Part shown: in pieces, positions 23,951 through 35,519 of the stretch | Numbering within the stretch: position 1 is the first letter of the stretch | Layout of the letters: each line of letters begins with the position of its first letter | Program-made: the position numbers and the translations under genes | Source of the DNA: Podarcis cretensis | Lineage: Eukaryota | Assembly: GCA_951804945.1 (NCBI GenBank) | Contig: OX638150.1 | Span: 41,168,001-41,232,000 of the forward strand | DNA length: 64,000 nt | Reading direction: 5' to 3' | The notes under the pieces: generated by a model | Databases searched by the model: none | What the model was told of the DNA's origin: nothing | The model's input: only the letters and a program-made list of their open reading frames with translations

Positions 23951-26407
23951 CATGTATCCAGACAGCTAAGACAAAGCATGGTAGAAAATTCCTTACCACT
24001 TAGTAAGTTGGTTGCCTGTGTGGAGCTATAGAATTAGAAGATACTAACCTCTTTTCAACTTAGTAGCCAGAAGTGAAACCTTCGGAGTTTCACCGTTTAT
24101 CAGACAAAAAATTAGTATTAATAGCATATAAGGATGGCTTAGGCACTTACACTGTATACCTGAGGAGGCATGCCACTAAATGGTTTCTAGAATATTGTTG
24201 CACATCGGGGGTCAATGGTGCTCCATAGACAATTGACCAGCTGGACCACACATTGCAGTCTGCCTATGAGGGGACTTCTACAACTTAGTTATTCTAGAAC
24301 TATAGAAAAAAGAAATTCTATTTCCATATCCCACAACAGTTAAGCTTCTTAAATAATTATTAGAATGTTAAAAATTAAGATTGACACTTCAGTATCTTTT
24401 AAAGCATGTTGCTCGTTTCACAGCCCCCACCCCCGAAAGAATAGAAATATGTGACCCAACTTGAAAGTGTGAAGGCAAAAATGTGTGGCCTTGTTTCTCC
24501 AATTCTTGCTGAGTCTGAAAGTGCTACCCTTTCTTCTCTTCCACTGCCGGCTACCTTTTTATAAGGAATCTTTTGTTGTTGTATGAATTCATAATACAGA
24601 CACTGTTTCTAGCAATACATCAGCAAGCCTTACCATAGTCTGAGCATAAATGGGGGGAAACGTGAGACGCTAGTCTGAAATTCCACTTTTCAATGTGGCT
24701 GTACTGTTTGAAGAAGACTGAAATCTATGTGCCATGTTCTGCCTGTGTAATGAAGTTTGCATTGATATTCTGTTAATGCTGATGCCACTCAAAGTCCAAA
24801 ACAACTGCATTTAAGCAGCACATCTTCTTGCATGGGATGATCTTGCTTTTTAGTTGGGTTAACAGCCCGATGAGGTCACTTCTTTGCATATCAAGCTGGT
24901 GTGCATCACCTTTTGTTCCTAAAAACAAACTTCACAAAACCACCACACAAAATCATCCTTTTTTTATTTTCCCCTATTGATCTTCAAAGGATTGCATTCT
25001 AAACAGTATATTGTGGCCTGTGAATGCAAGTTCCCCTAGTTTAGGACCATTTCCTCTGCTGATAGGCAGAAGTTGTAAGGATCATTATACTTTTCATTTA
25101 AGCTGTAATTATATTAAATAGCATTTGTGATTGGTTTGTAGCACATAAGGGATGTTTTATGTTGCACTCGTTATCTGTACATAAAATGGGCAAGAGTTTG
25201 GTAATGGTGTGTCTGCAGAATGAGATGAGGGAGGGTGGTCCCACTTTATGCAAGTAAAGACAAAAGTCATAGCATGTGGTTCCAAAGTGGTTGAATAAGA
25301 GGTACCAACATTGCTTTTAATGAGGAGTTGCCAATACTAGGTTATTATGATCCAAGTGTTAAATTAGATAATCCTACCTAAAAAATTAGATTCTACAACT
25401 CACATCAATTATTCTCTAATGAAGAGGATATTTGCTTGATATATGCCAAGACTTAGAACCTCTCATTAAATCACATTTACTTACAATTTAGATTTTAGTT
25501 TCTGTAATGGTAATGTTGAAGCAACAAGCTCACCCCATCTAACCCAATTTGCCAGTGAAACCAAGGGGTGCTGGGCTTGCGAAACAGTGTCAGGGATAAG
25601 AGCTGTTCTCAAGCTTGTGGCACAAGCAGTCTGGAGCCCTGGGTTGCTCATGGGAGATGAGTACTCAGCTTTATCAAGACTGCATGCCAAATATCAGTTT
25701 TTCCTTGCTGTAAAAATAATATGTGAAAGGGCTCTTGGGAAATCAGCAATGTATATATTATATGAGAGTGGGAATGAGGAGGAATATATGTGGCATTCAT
25801 TCAGCAACCAGATGTAGAGGTCCCGAGCTTCATTTTTTCTTATTATAAACCTGTTGCGAATTAAAAACAAGAAAGAAACAAGCTACCGTGAGATCAGATG
25901 TAGCGTTACTGATGTCAGGTGCAGGATTTATTTTCAAGAACAAGATTTATCTGCGCAAGTCCTTTGGAGAAGTTGTCCCAGGGAAAGCTAGCTGTACTGT
26001 GAGTTTTATCTTCTTTCCAAACTACACTTGTTTTTAAGTGCACGTTTGCTGTTTTCCATGACCAATCACCCTCTTCCTAAAGATTTATAACTCAGCTGTT
26101 TCAATTTGTGATGGGCCGAAACTTTGGAATGCAGATTGTCAGTCCAGATGTCAGACCTTTCCTTAAAAAAAGAAAATGAAGGATTAAATTAGGTATGTGT
26201 GATTTCCCCCCCTTTTCTTTGAAGGCTCAAAATGTCACTTGAAGTCCTAAACTTATTTCCTGTTTCCTTTCAGATGTGATGGTTCACTTTAAAAAGGGAA
26301 AACATATTGCTGAGCACCAAGTGCTGAACTATAAAAAATAAAGTTAACTAGAGTCCTATGGCTAATGTGTAGACTTAAATGAGAATGTTATAGTATCATC
26401 ATATGTA

Positions 26408-26645
26408 GTTTGTTTATTTATAATAATATTTATATATCACTATTTTGTTTTTTAAAAAAACAAAGCGGTTAACAACAATAACACATAAAACCGTACAGTT
26501 AAAACCATATGGAAGTTAAAATCAATTAACTATTGTGGGAAGATGTGTTCTTCATCGCCTGCATAGGCTTCGCAGAATAGAAAAGTTTCCAGCAGGCATT
26601 TAAAAGTTGAAACAGAAGGTGCCTGCTGAATTTCTGTTGGTAGAG
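26408..26645 (-). mobile_element. L2-type LINE 3' end
   Basis: T-rich tail, aaagcggttaacaac and gaaggtgcctgctgaatttctgttggtagag resemble L2 3' sequence. Confidence 0.55.
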
Positions 26646-26651
26646 TACCCC

Positions 26652-26777
26652 CCCCCCACGTGACCCGGAAGTGTCTCTGGACAGCGCTGGCCCCTGGCCT
26701 CTTAAGTGAGATGGGCGCACAACCCCAGAGTCTGTCAAGACTGGCCCGTATGGGCAGGGGTACCTTTACCTTTACCT
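26652..26777 (+). mobile_element. 5'-truncated Sauria SINE
   Basis: ccacgtgacccggaag...ggggtacctttacctttacctt with (ACCTTT)n tail; duplication tagagtacccc at 26641-26651 / 26778-26788. Confidence 0.88.
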
Positions 26778-26915
26778 TAGAGTACCCCACAATGTTCTCT
26801 CTTTCTTGTTGTTATCAAATGAACCTCACCAACTTGGGAAACTACTAGTGACACTCCTGAAGATGAAGTAGTGAGATTAATGCCACATACTGTTCAGGCC
26901 TTGCCCATCTGTTTC

Positions 26916-26936
26916 AGCAGCAGCAGCAGCAGCAGC
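26916..26936 (+). repeat. (CAG)n microsatellite
   Basis: About 7 units, intronic. Confidence 0.85.
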
Positions 26937-29900
26937 TCCTCAGTATACCAGGGAGCAAAATTGGACTACATAGTGCCAGAGGGGGCCTCCAGGAGCACAG
27001 ATAATTAGATGGCTTCCCAAATAAAGGAGAGACCTTCAATAGTCATGTCATGATTGGTGTCATAGAATGAATTTCGGGGCCCAACCACCTCCTAAAGCTT
27101 TTAAACTCTTTAAACTGTCCATGTTTCCATTTTGTAGCAAATAGGAGAGGAAAACAGATATTATAAGTAAGAATAAACACACTCGATAGGAGTTTTAATC
27201 TAGTATCTGGTTACCTGAATATTAAGCACTTAATCCCTTTAGATATATACTAGTACTAGTATAGTCCCCTATCAGTCTGAGGATTGTTAAAGCACATGAA
27301 AGGGAAAGTTTCCCCAAAGGTGCATATACTGTACAGCTTGCCCCATTTTCAGATTTGCTTTCCTGCTCTCACTAAAAAAAATTCCCCTCCCCCAGAAAGA
27401 GGTTGATTCCAGTGTCAGTCATTGCTTTAGGAGCTGGGCTGGCATGCTGCCCACGGTTGAGACAGACTTCATATCCCCAGACTTCATATCCCCAAGTTTT
27501 GAGGGGGAGATGTATGAACTTCCTTTCTGACTTTACTAACAGTCAGGGTGTTTTGGAATATGTGAGCATTAAATTTCAGCTTTCTGTGTGTTCAGTGGCA
27601 TTTTGGGTATGTCCTTCAGTTGAGGTATCAAATGAGGTCCTATCCATTTTTATATAAAGATATCCCAGTGCTTGTTTAAGTCTGGATTTTTTTTAAAAAA
27701 AAATTTTTTTAGTTCCCCTCTAATTTTTCAGGAATTCCAGGTTTATTCTTACTTGTCTTCACCTTTGTAATTCAGGCATTTCCAGAATCTGAGACTCTTC
27801 TGAAAGTGGAGGTATTTAAGTTTGGTTTATCTTCAAGCACACATAATTGTCACAGTGACTTTTCTTGCAGGGAAGAATAGTATGAGCGCTCTGATCAGTG
27901 ACTTAAAGCTCTTGGTTCTGCAACTAATGGTGTTTACTTTGATCTAGTTAAAGTAAACTGCTTGCAAGGTGTTTGAGATGCTATCACTGTACTCCCATGT
28001 GGCAAGGTCTTTGTATTGCAGCAGGATTCCTGCCTTTTGTGAGTTATCAATCAGTGCATAGCTTTCATCACTCAGTGCCAAGCAGGTCAAACAGAGGAGT
28101 TCACATCTGTGTCTTGCTGACCAGTGAGTGTTTTCTAATCGTCCTTTCACTGGTGATATATTGCCAAACAGGCCAGCAGCTCAGAACGGCAGTGGGGATT
28201 TATTGGGCTGAATCTCTTGTTGCCCATTGAAGTTTATGTGTGTATTGGCTTTGGGGCCACCTTGTTTCATAGTTCATGAAGGACTATCCAGCAGGAGACA
28301 GTATCATTTCAACATAGATTTAATGGCCCAGTGACTAAAGGATTACATGTACATCTCTGTTCCCTACTTACCAGGGTCCAGTAGTTCTTCATTGGGATGT
28401 AATATGCATATATTGTGTCCAGTGTAGGAAATATGGACAGAATATATTGATATTAGGTGCTAATTTTATTCCAGGTCCAAAGCCCAGAGTTTTGCACAAT
28501 GCAAACACACCTGTGGTTTAGATTCATACACACGCTACAGCAGGAGGGAAATTATAGGTCTTGAGGACATAGACAGGACAGTTATGCAAAACTAGGAAGT
28601 ATCAGAATATCCGTTGTCATTTCTTACCTGTTGGCAGATGTTATTCATGTTTTCAAACTGGCTTCAAACTAGCATTAGGATTAATCATATTTTGATTTTG
28701 TTTTTCATCAAAATGACTTCATGTACCAGTTTGGGGTAAGCGATGCTTAGAATAGAATGCAGTCAAAGTTAAGGTATCCACATCCCATTTGGGATGGAAA
28801 AAGGATTGGAGCAGCTAATTCCCTTTGATTCTTTAGCTTAAACTAGATTAAATTACTTTTGTTGCAGCTGCTGTTTGTATTTGTCTGTGTTTTGATTTGT
28901 GTGCCCACAGTGGGAACAGAGTGGAATGGAGAAACGATGCACACAGAGCTGGAAAGAAAACAGGCTGTAGCTTCATTATAAATGTGTACAATTGCTTGAA
29001 ATAGATGGCAGGAACCAGAGACTGACAGTACTCAGGCCAGTGGTTCGGTTTAACTTTTCAGCTGGAAGGAGAATGGCACCAGGATGATGGCTGCTGCCCA
29101 TAAACAAATTATTGAGGCTCAAACTGGCCATGACTTTAAACACATGGTTTTAAACTGTGCTCAGACTAGCCATGCCTCTCTGTTTGCAAAAAGGTCCTTA
29201 TCAGGGCCATGAAGTGGTGGGAAGATGGCTTACTTCTTCTCCCATGCTGTTTTCCTGCCAAAAACAATACCCTCTGAAAATGCTCTTACCCATAACTTCT
29301 AAAAATGTGGGGAAATGACAGTTGGGGAGAAGGAAGTTATCAGCAGGAGAATGCCCCAAATTGTTAGCCCTCATCCCGTGCAACATCTTCCACTACTTTT
29401 TGCTTTTTTGTAGACAAGATGTGACCAGTCCAAGCACCTTCTTACATCATGTGCTTAAAGCCCCATCTAGTTAGATCTTGAGAGGGTAATTGCTTTCAAC
29501 TCTGCCAGTCACAGAATGTATTTGTGTGCTAAAAACCACTAAGGTCCTTTAAGGAGGCAGCCTTTGAATTTCATGCAACTCCTATCCGGCTTCCCCATCT
29601 TTTTCCAAGCCTCTTCCTTAATGTAAAACCTTCTGTGTAACAACATAGGCAGTGCTTATATTCACCACTCCTCTTAGGTATATTACCCCTGCCACACCCT
29701 TCACTGGCCCTGCTTTGCATCCTCCTCAAGTATGTATGTCTGACTAGATTAGAACATATCCCTGATAATGCAGCTTGCTTGCCTGGATGGGAATAGAGAG
29801 GAATGTGCATAAAAAATAGTCTATTGTACAAAGGCAAGCTTGACATTTATTGTTCTGTTCACTTTGGTTTCTGGTCCTGCCCAGCATTGGCATATGCCGT

Positions 29901-30048
29901 CCTGAAGGTTGCCTAGAAGGGAATGTGACCTGACCTAGCATGTTGGAAAGCCACTTTGGTCAAGTCGTGTTCTGTTTTACCCTAAACCCTAATCAAGTAC
30001 CAAAACTTCACCACTGCAGTCCTAATTCTGCTTCTGTTGAACATCTAA

Positions 30049-30373
30049 GGGCCAAACTAGATGTAACATTGCATGCATCTTTTCATTTAATATGTACATT
30101 TTAGAAATTAAAATATCACCTGAGGGGGGCTTCCTGTATATTTTCGGGATCATGGAAGGCAAGGATGTGAAATTTAACCTATTCCTCCACTGCATTCATG
30201 ATAGCCATTTTGCTGAAGCTGCTATTTGCATTGGAAAACAATTCTCCATTGGATCCAGGGTGACAGCCGGGTGGGGGGGGGAGTTCCCTCCAAATACAAA
30301 TTGTGATCATTATCAACTAGCCTTTCCTATTTGCATTTAAAAAAAAAATGTGCAGAGATGTCTAATTTGGCTC
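30049..30373. mobile_element. Decayed terminal-inverted-repeat element (PIF/Harbinger-like MITE)
   Basis: taa-gggccaaactagatg ... atgtctaatttggctc imperfect inverted termini. Confidence 0.4.
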
Positions 30374-31131
30374 ATTTGCTTTGAGGAGTTACATAAGGTG
30401 ACACGACCACAACATTTTGCCCCCATGAGTTGGAGTGGCCCATGCAATGTTTCTTGTTAAGGTCTTTCAGATTGCAGATGTTCATATTTTTATGATCTGT
30501 TGCTTTGCTAACTGTTGGTCTGCCTCACATTGAATTTTAATGAACAGCAAAGCAAGGAAAACTTTAAGAATGAGGGGGAGAAACAAGTGACCTCGCTTTA
30601 TATTCAAATGCTTCCAATTAAGGGGTCTGTTATCTTACCCAAGATAACTGGAAAAGGATACTCAAAATACTACCTTGTGTAAATACAGCTATTGCCTGCA
30701 TTATATCACCAGGAGTTCTCAACACATCTGGAACGAAAGTAGTTCCAGTAACATTAAAGCATCCTATTTTGGTTGGCACGCAGATGCTGTGGTATATGCC
30801 AGTCAGTAATGGGTTTTGGAAACAAGCTGCTCTAAAACTCTCCTGAACTATTCTCCTGGGAAATTATTCAATTAAATACAACTAAAATTAATGCTTGTGT
30901 GTTTTGTTTGAATAAAACAAAATAAGCAGCTGGAAAAGAAAATCCCTGGTGCATGTTGGAGAGCAAGGGCTCCAGTTAATATTCATGGATTCTGAGCTCA
31001 GTTCTTGCCCCACTACTCTTTCCACCAAGTACTTATTCTAAGTGATGATTATTGCTGTAACTGATAGTGCGTAGTTATTCTTTCTTCATTCTCCGGAATA
31101 ATTTTGCAGATATAAATAATTTCTTTAGTTT

Positions 31132-31970
31132 CAGGGTAGGGAACCTATGGCCTTCGATATGTTACTGTACTTCAGTTCCCATCACACCTGACCATTGACT
31201 ATACTAGCTAGGGTTGATGGGAGGTGGAAGTTTTTAAGCAGAGGTTGGATGGCCATCTGTCATGGATGCTTTAGCTGAGATGTAGTTGAACAAAATGTTC
31301 AGGGCGATATTCATTCATTCATTCGTAGATTTGTATACGGAAAATCCTAGGGTGGTTCACAACATAAAAATACAAAAGGAGAACACAAAATACATAATGG
31401 AAACAAGAACAAAAACAAACAAATAACCCCCTTTCCACAAACATTTTATTATTTACTAAATTTAGTAAATAGTCAGATGGAGAATGAAATTAAGGAGACA
31501 TTCAAAAGAGGAAATGTTGTAGTAACAGGTGACTTCAATTACCCTCACACAGACTGAGTTCATATGTGCTCCAGTCATGAAGAAAAGATAAAATTTCAAG
31601 ATACCCTAAATGACTGTGCCCTAGAATCACGGAGGCTACCAGAAGGGCAACAACCCTGGGCTTAATCTTAAGCAGTTCTTGGGATCTGGTTCATGATTAA
31701 ATGTTGTTGAGCAGACTGGGAATAGAGACCATAGTGGTATCAAATTCAATATATATGTAAATGGACAGTTGCCAAGAAAACCTAACACACACAATTGACT
31801 TGAAAAGAGGAAACTTAGCCATTACCAAATGTTCTACCTCCACTGTCAGAGACAGTATGCCTTTGAATACCAGTTGCTGGGAATCACAATGGGGGAGAGA
31901 GCAGTTGCACTCATGTTGGATGCTGGGCCAGGTGGGCCTTTGGCCTAATCTATCAAGGTCATTCTCATGA
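31132..31970. mobile_element. Repeat cluster: hAT MITE (31132-31230), CR1 3' piece (31230-31285), L2 tail on minus (31310-31445), CR1 endonuclease fragment on plus (31475-31816), CR1-type 3' end (31820-31970)
   Basis: The endonuclease part reads VVVTGDFNYPHTD, KFQDTLNDCALE and GNRDHSGIKFNI; the other parts match repeats elsewhere in the window. Confidence 0.75.
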
Positions 31971-32914
31971 TGTCAAGACCATTGCCTCTAAGCATTTGCT
32001 GAGGAAAGCAAAGTTTATATCAGCACAACTTGCTTCAGTTTGTTATTATTTGAGACTAGCTCTTGTGTAAAGGGCTGCTTATAGGTTGCTTCCTCTCAGA
32101 CATTTATGAAACTTTCTCATTGTTTCGGCATAGATGAGAATTTATGGCTTTCATTTGCTTTGGGTTTTAGATTTTTCTTTGGGCTTTAGATTCCATTTGG
32201 TGCTCAGTATTAAAGCACTCTGCTTCGCATGTGCACATTGGCCACAATCTTTTTCATCACTGGCATGATACACAATGTTTGCTTTCTTCTATTGAGCATA
32301 GCGTTGTGTTGTTTTGAAGTGTGTAGCCTGGTGTTTTGCGTGATTCATTTCCTTGGCATTTCACTCTAAGGTGCTCCCTTGGATGGTGGCAGTGGCTATG
32401 GAGACTGGGTTGCCTCCAGATTAAGCTTCGTCATACTGTAATGTTCTTGGTATGATATGAAATGTTCTGGGCTTCAGGTTTTGAGATGTTTTTCTTCAAC
32501 CCGGTTCCAGTATACATATATTTACCATGTCCCATGACTAATTTTGTGGTGTATATTTTACAGATATACATTACTCTGTTGATATAGATCTATTTGGAGA
32601 AGCCGGGATTTACACTGTGTACCTCCAGAATAAATATAAGGGATTTGAGCGAGGAAGCTACTGGGAGGCTTCCAGGCGTCCTGATTCCAGCTAGCCAATG
32701 CCATCCATGCAGAGGCTGGCTGCATTGTCACTCATTGGTTTGCCAGCCAATTTATTTGTGTACTCCATCATAACCAAAATGGTAGGTGTGGGGTGTTGTT
32801 CTCTTGCCACTATACTAGTACAATGAACCCCTGGTACTAATGTAGTCTTAATCGCTTTCACATGCTCATCTGTTTCTCAATCCACATCGCCCAGACCTGC
32901 AATTTGTCTATTAT

Positions 32915-33030
32915 TAGGATGGGGAACCTGCTGAACTACAATGCCCAACAGCCCTCCAGCCAGCATGGTCAAGACTGAAGGGAGATTTGGTTAAACAATA
33001 TGTGGATAGCCAAAGGTTTCCCACACCTGT
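32915..33030. mobile_element. hAT-type MITE (decayed)
   Basis: ggggaacctg...actacaatgccca...caaaggtttcccacacctg. Confidence 0.5.
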
Positions 33031-35084
33031 CTCTATACATACTCTCTGCTTGTCTCATGTGATCTTTTTGTCTCTCAGGTAGCTCTCCCTCAGTCTTGCC
33101 TCCCTCTGTGCAGATTCACATCTCTAACTGCCTGACTTGCTTTTTTAAATATTTTCTTTCCATCATTTTCCATCACAGATGGCATCTTTCTCTTCCAGGC
33201 CATTTAGTCATTTCTTTTTATAATTTATAGTCCCTTCTTCATGAAATAGAGGCAGTTTCTAATGATGAGAATAATGCACTTTAGCCACACAGCAAAAATC
33301 AAATCAGTCCATTAGAACTGGCTAACGTTACTGGTGAGAGGAAGGAAATCTGTGACAGTTTTCTCAAACAAGAATATCCTAGATCCTCACCAGACTTGCT
33401 ACTATGTACCTGCTTGTCACCAGTGCTCATCTTCTTCTACTGCTGCTGCCACCTCCTGCAGCTCAATATGCATACCAGCAAATCATATGCGGGACCTAGA
33501 TGCAGCTGTTCCTCCACAGCTGCTGCCATCTCCAGCTGGAGAAAAAGGGTTCTGCAGAAGCAATGAGAGGCTCACCCAACCCTAATACAGCATGCCAGCC
33601 AGATGGTGGAAGGTCATGTTGAACTTGGTCCTCCTCCTCCATACAGAACTTCAGAAGAGTGACCAATTTCAGCCCCCCATGTTATGTCAAAGGGTGGTTT
33701 CTGAGGTTCTGGGGCAATAACTTTTACCTGCAGGAGGTGGCAGCAGCAGTAGAAGAAGAAGAAGATGGGAGCAGTGGCATTCTTTGCCTCTGTTACCTGT
33801 TATGTCTAGTGCTTAGGGCAGTGCCATGCCCTGCCTTTGTCCACTATCATTCCTTCCCTTTGGAACAATGTGTGTTTGCCTGCACTTAAATCATAGGTGC
33901 CATCTCTTCGGGTGCCTGGGCTCCCACAAAATGTTAGTTATGTGTGCCCGTGGGTGCCCAGCCTCTGCCTCCTCCGCAGCTGCCACCATGCACTGCTGCC
34001 ACTGCACACCGGGTGCGACCACCAATTGTCTTACCTCTTTCACTCTTGCACAGCCACTGGACCTGGGCTTCTGCCTCTGCCACAAGGCCCTGATCCAGTC
34101 CCCACCACGTTGCAGGCCCTGGTCCAGTCTCCACCATGACGCCAGAGTGCAAGAGGTAAGGCAGCAGCCGTGGCACCCGATGTGCAGTGGCAGCGGTGCG
34201 TCACGTTGTAACATCATCAAGTCTGAATGAGAGCCTGGCTTGGAACCTCTCACATGGAAGAAAGGCTGAACTGAAATAAAGGAAATCCTCCTCTCCTATA
34301 GTCTTATTAATCTGTAGCTAAGATGCGATTGTACCCAGCGCTGCTGCTAAATCCATTCCCCTCTGCATTTTGCAAGTGCAGTTTGTATTTGGCTTACTCA
34401 GTGGGCAGGAACTGTGAAGCCTGGTCTTTAAGGCAGCTGCCAAATCCAAGTAAGGCTTTTACATATTTTAAATAAATCAGAAAATCAATTAGTACAAATA
34501 CGAGGAGGTTATATGGCAAGCAGCCTGCTTTTCTTCTGAGTGCTATAGGAATCCCGCCATGCTTGGGACTCTGTGTGTGGTTCAGAAGTATAAAAACTCG
34601 CAAGCCTCTTGGGAGAGGGCACACCTGAGTAGCACACAGGCAGAAACTCTGATTCAGAATGGGATGTAACCAAGTAAATCTTCCTTCTCCCGTGGGGGTG
34701 GAGAGAAGGAGCATTTTACTTCCTACAGAAAAAAAATGTTATTTTCTTAAGCTGAGCAGTTTCCAGTTTTCCTTCTTCATTGCCCATCTGCCCTGAATTT
34801 CACAGAGTTCTCTTTCCCTCTCTACCCATTTCCCCCTCCAAATTCTTTCCTGGTGAATTCATGTTAAAGAAGAGTGATGGAAGGGAAGGCTGTTTATTTT
34901 CCTTTTTCTTAACATTTTGTAATGTCCTGGGTTCCTGATCAGTGCCACACACAGACTGCATATTTTGGGCTCATAAAGATTAGGGACTTCCAGGCTTGGT
35001 CTACCTGGAAACCTCAGTGGCACCTTGCCATGAATGAGAGCTTTCCTATACAATGTATAGTATAGATGGACACTTCAGGAATTC

Positions 35085-35270
35085 AGTACACTTCACATAA
35101 TCTCAGCAATCCTTGCTACACCCCTGTAAGGTAGAGCAGTATTTCCCCTCTCTATTACTAATGGTAGGGCTTAACACCAAGAAGAATGCTAGCTTGCCCA
35201 AGACTATCTAGTGAATTTGTGGATGAGGTTAACAGGCGACTCACAGCTCACACTCTTGGCTATTGAAATA
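35085..35270 (-). mobile_element. Old MIR-like SINE
   Basis: acacccctgtaaggtag...gcttgcccaagac...gtgaatttgtggatgag. Confidence 0.5.
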
Positions 35271-35280
35271 CAATAAAGTA

Positions 35281-35519
35281 CAGTGGTACCTCGGGTTAAG
35301 TACTTAATTCGTTCCAGACATCCGTTCTTAACCTGAAACTGTTCTTAACCTGAAGCACCACTTTAGCTAATGGGGCCTCCTGCCGCTGCGCTGCCGGAGC
35401 AAGATTTCTGTTCTTATCCTGAAGCAAAGTTCTTAACCTCAAGCACTATTTCTGGGTTAGCGGAGTGTGTAACCTGAAGTGTATGTAACCTGAAGCGTAT
35501 GTAACCCGAGATACCACTG
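35281..35519. mobile_element. Tc1/mariner-pogo MITE (opposite orientation to the 23260 copy)
   Basis: TA duplication; cagtggtacctcgggtta / taacccgagataccactg. Confidence 0.92.

Noticed and set aside
27246-27263. 18-bp palindrome tatactagtactagtata, and the 15-bp tandem duplication near 27464
   Set aside because: Low complexity and consistent with local slippage.
33826-34253. Overlapping 120-134 aa ORFs in a GC-richer block
   Set aside because: Stop-codon scarcity follows from the composition; the block is probably a transposon interior and shows no domain or splice signals.
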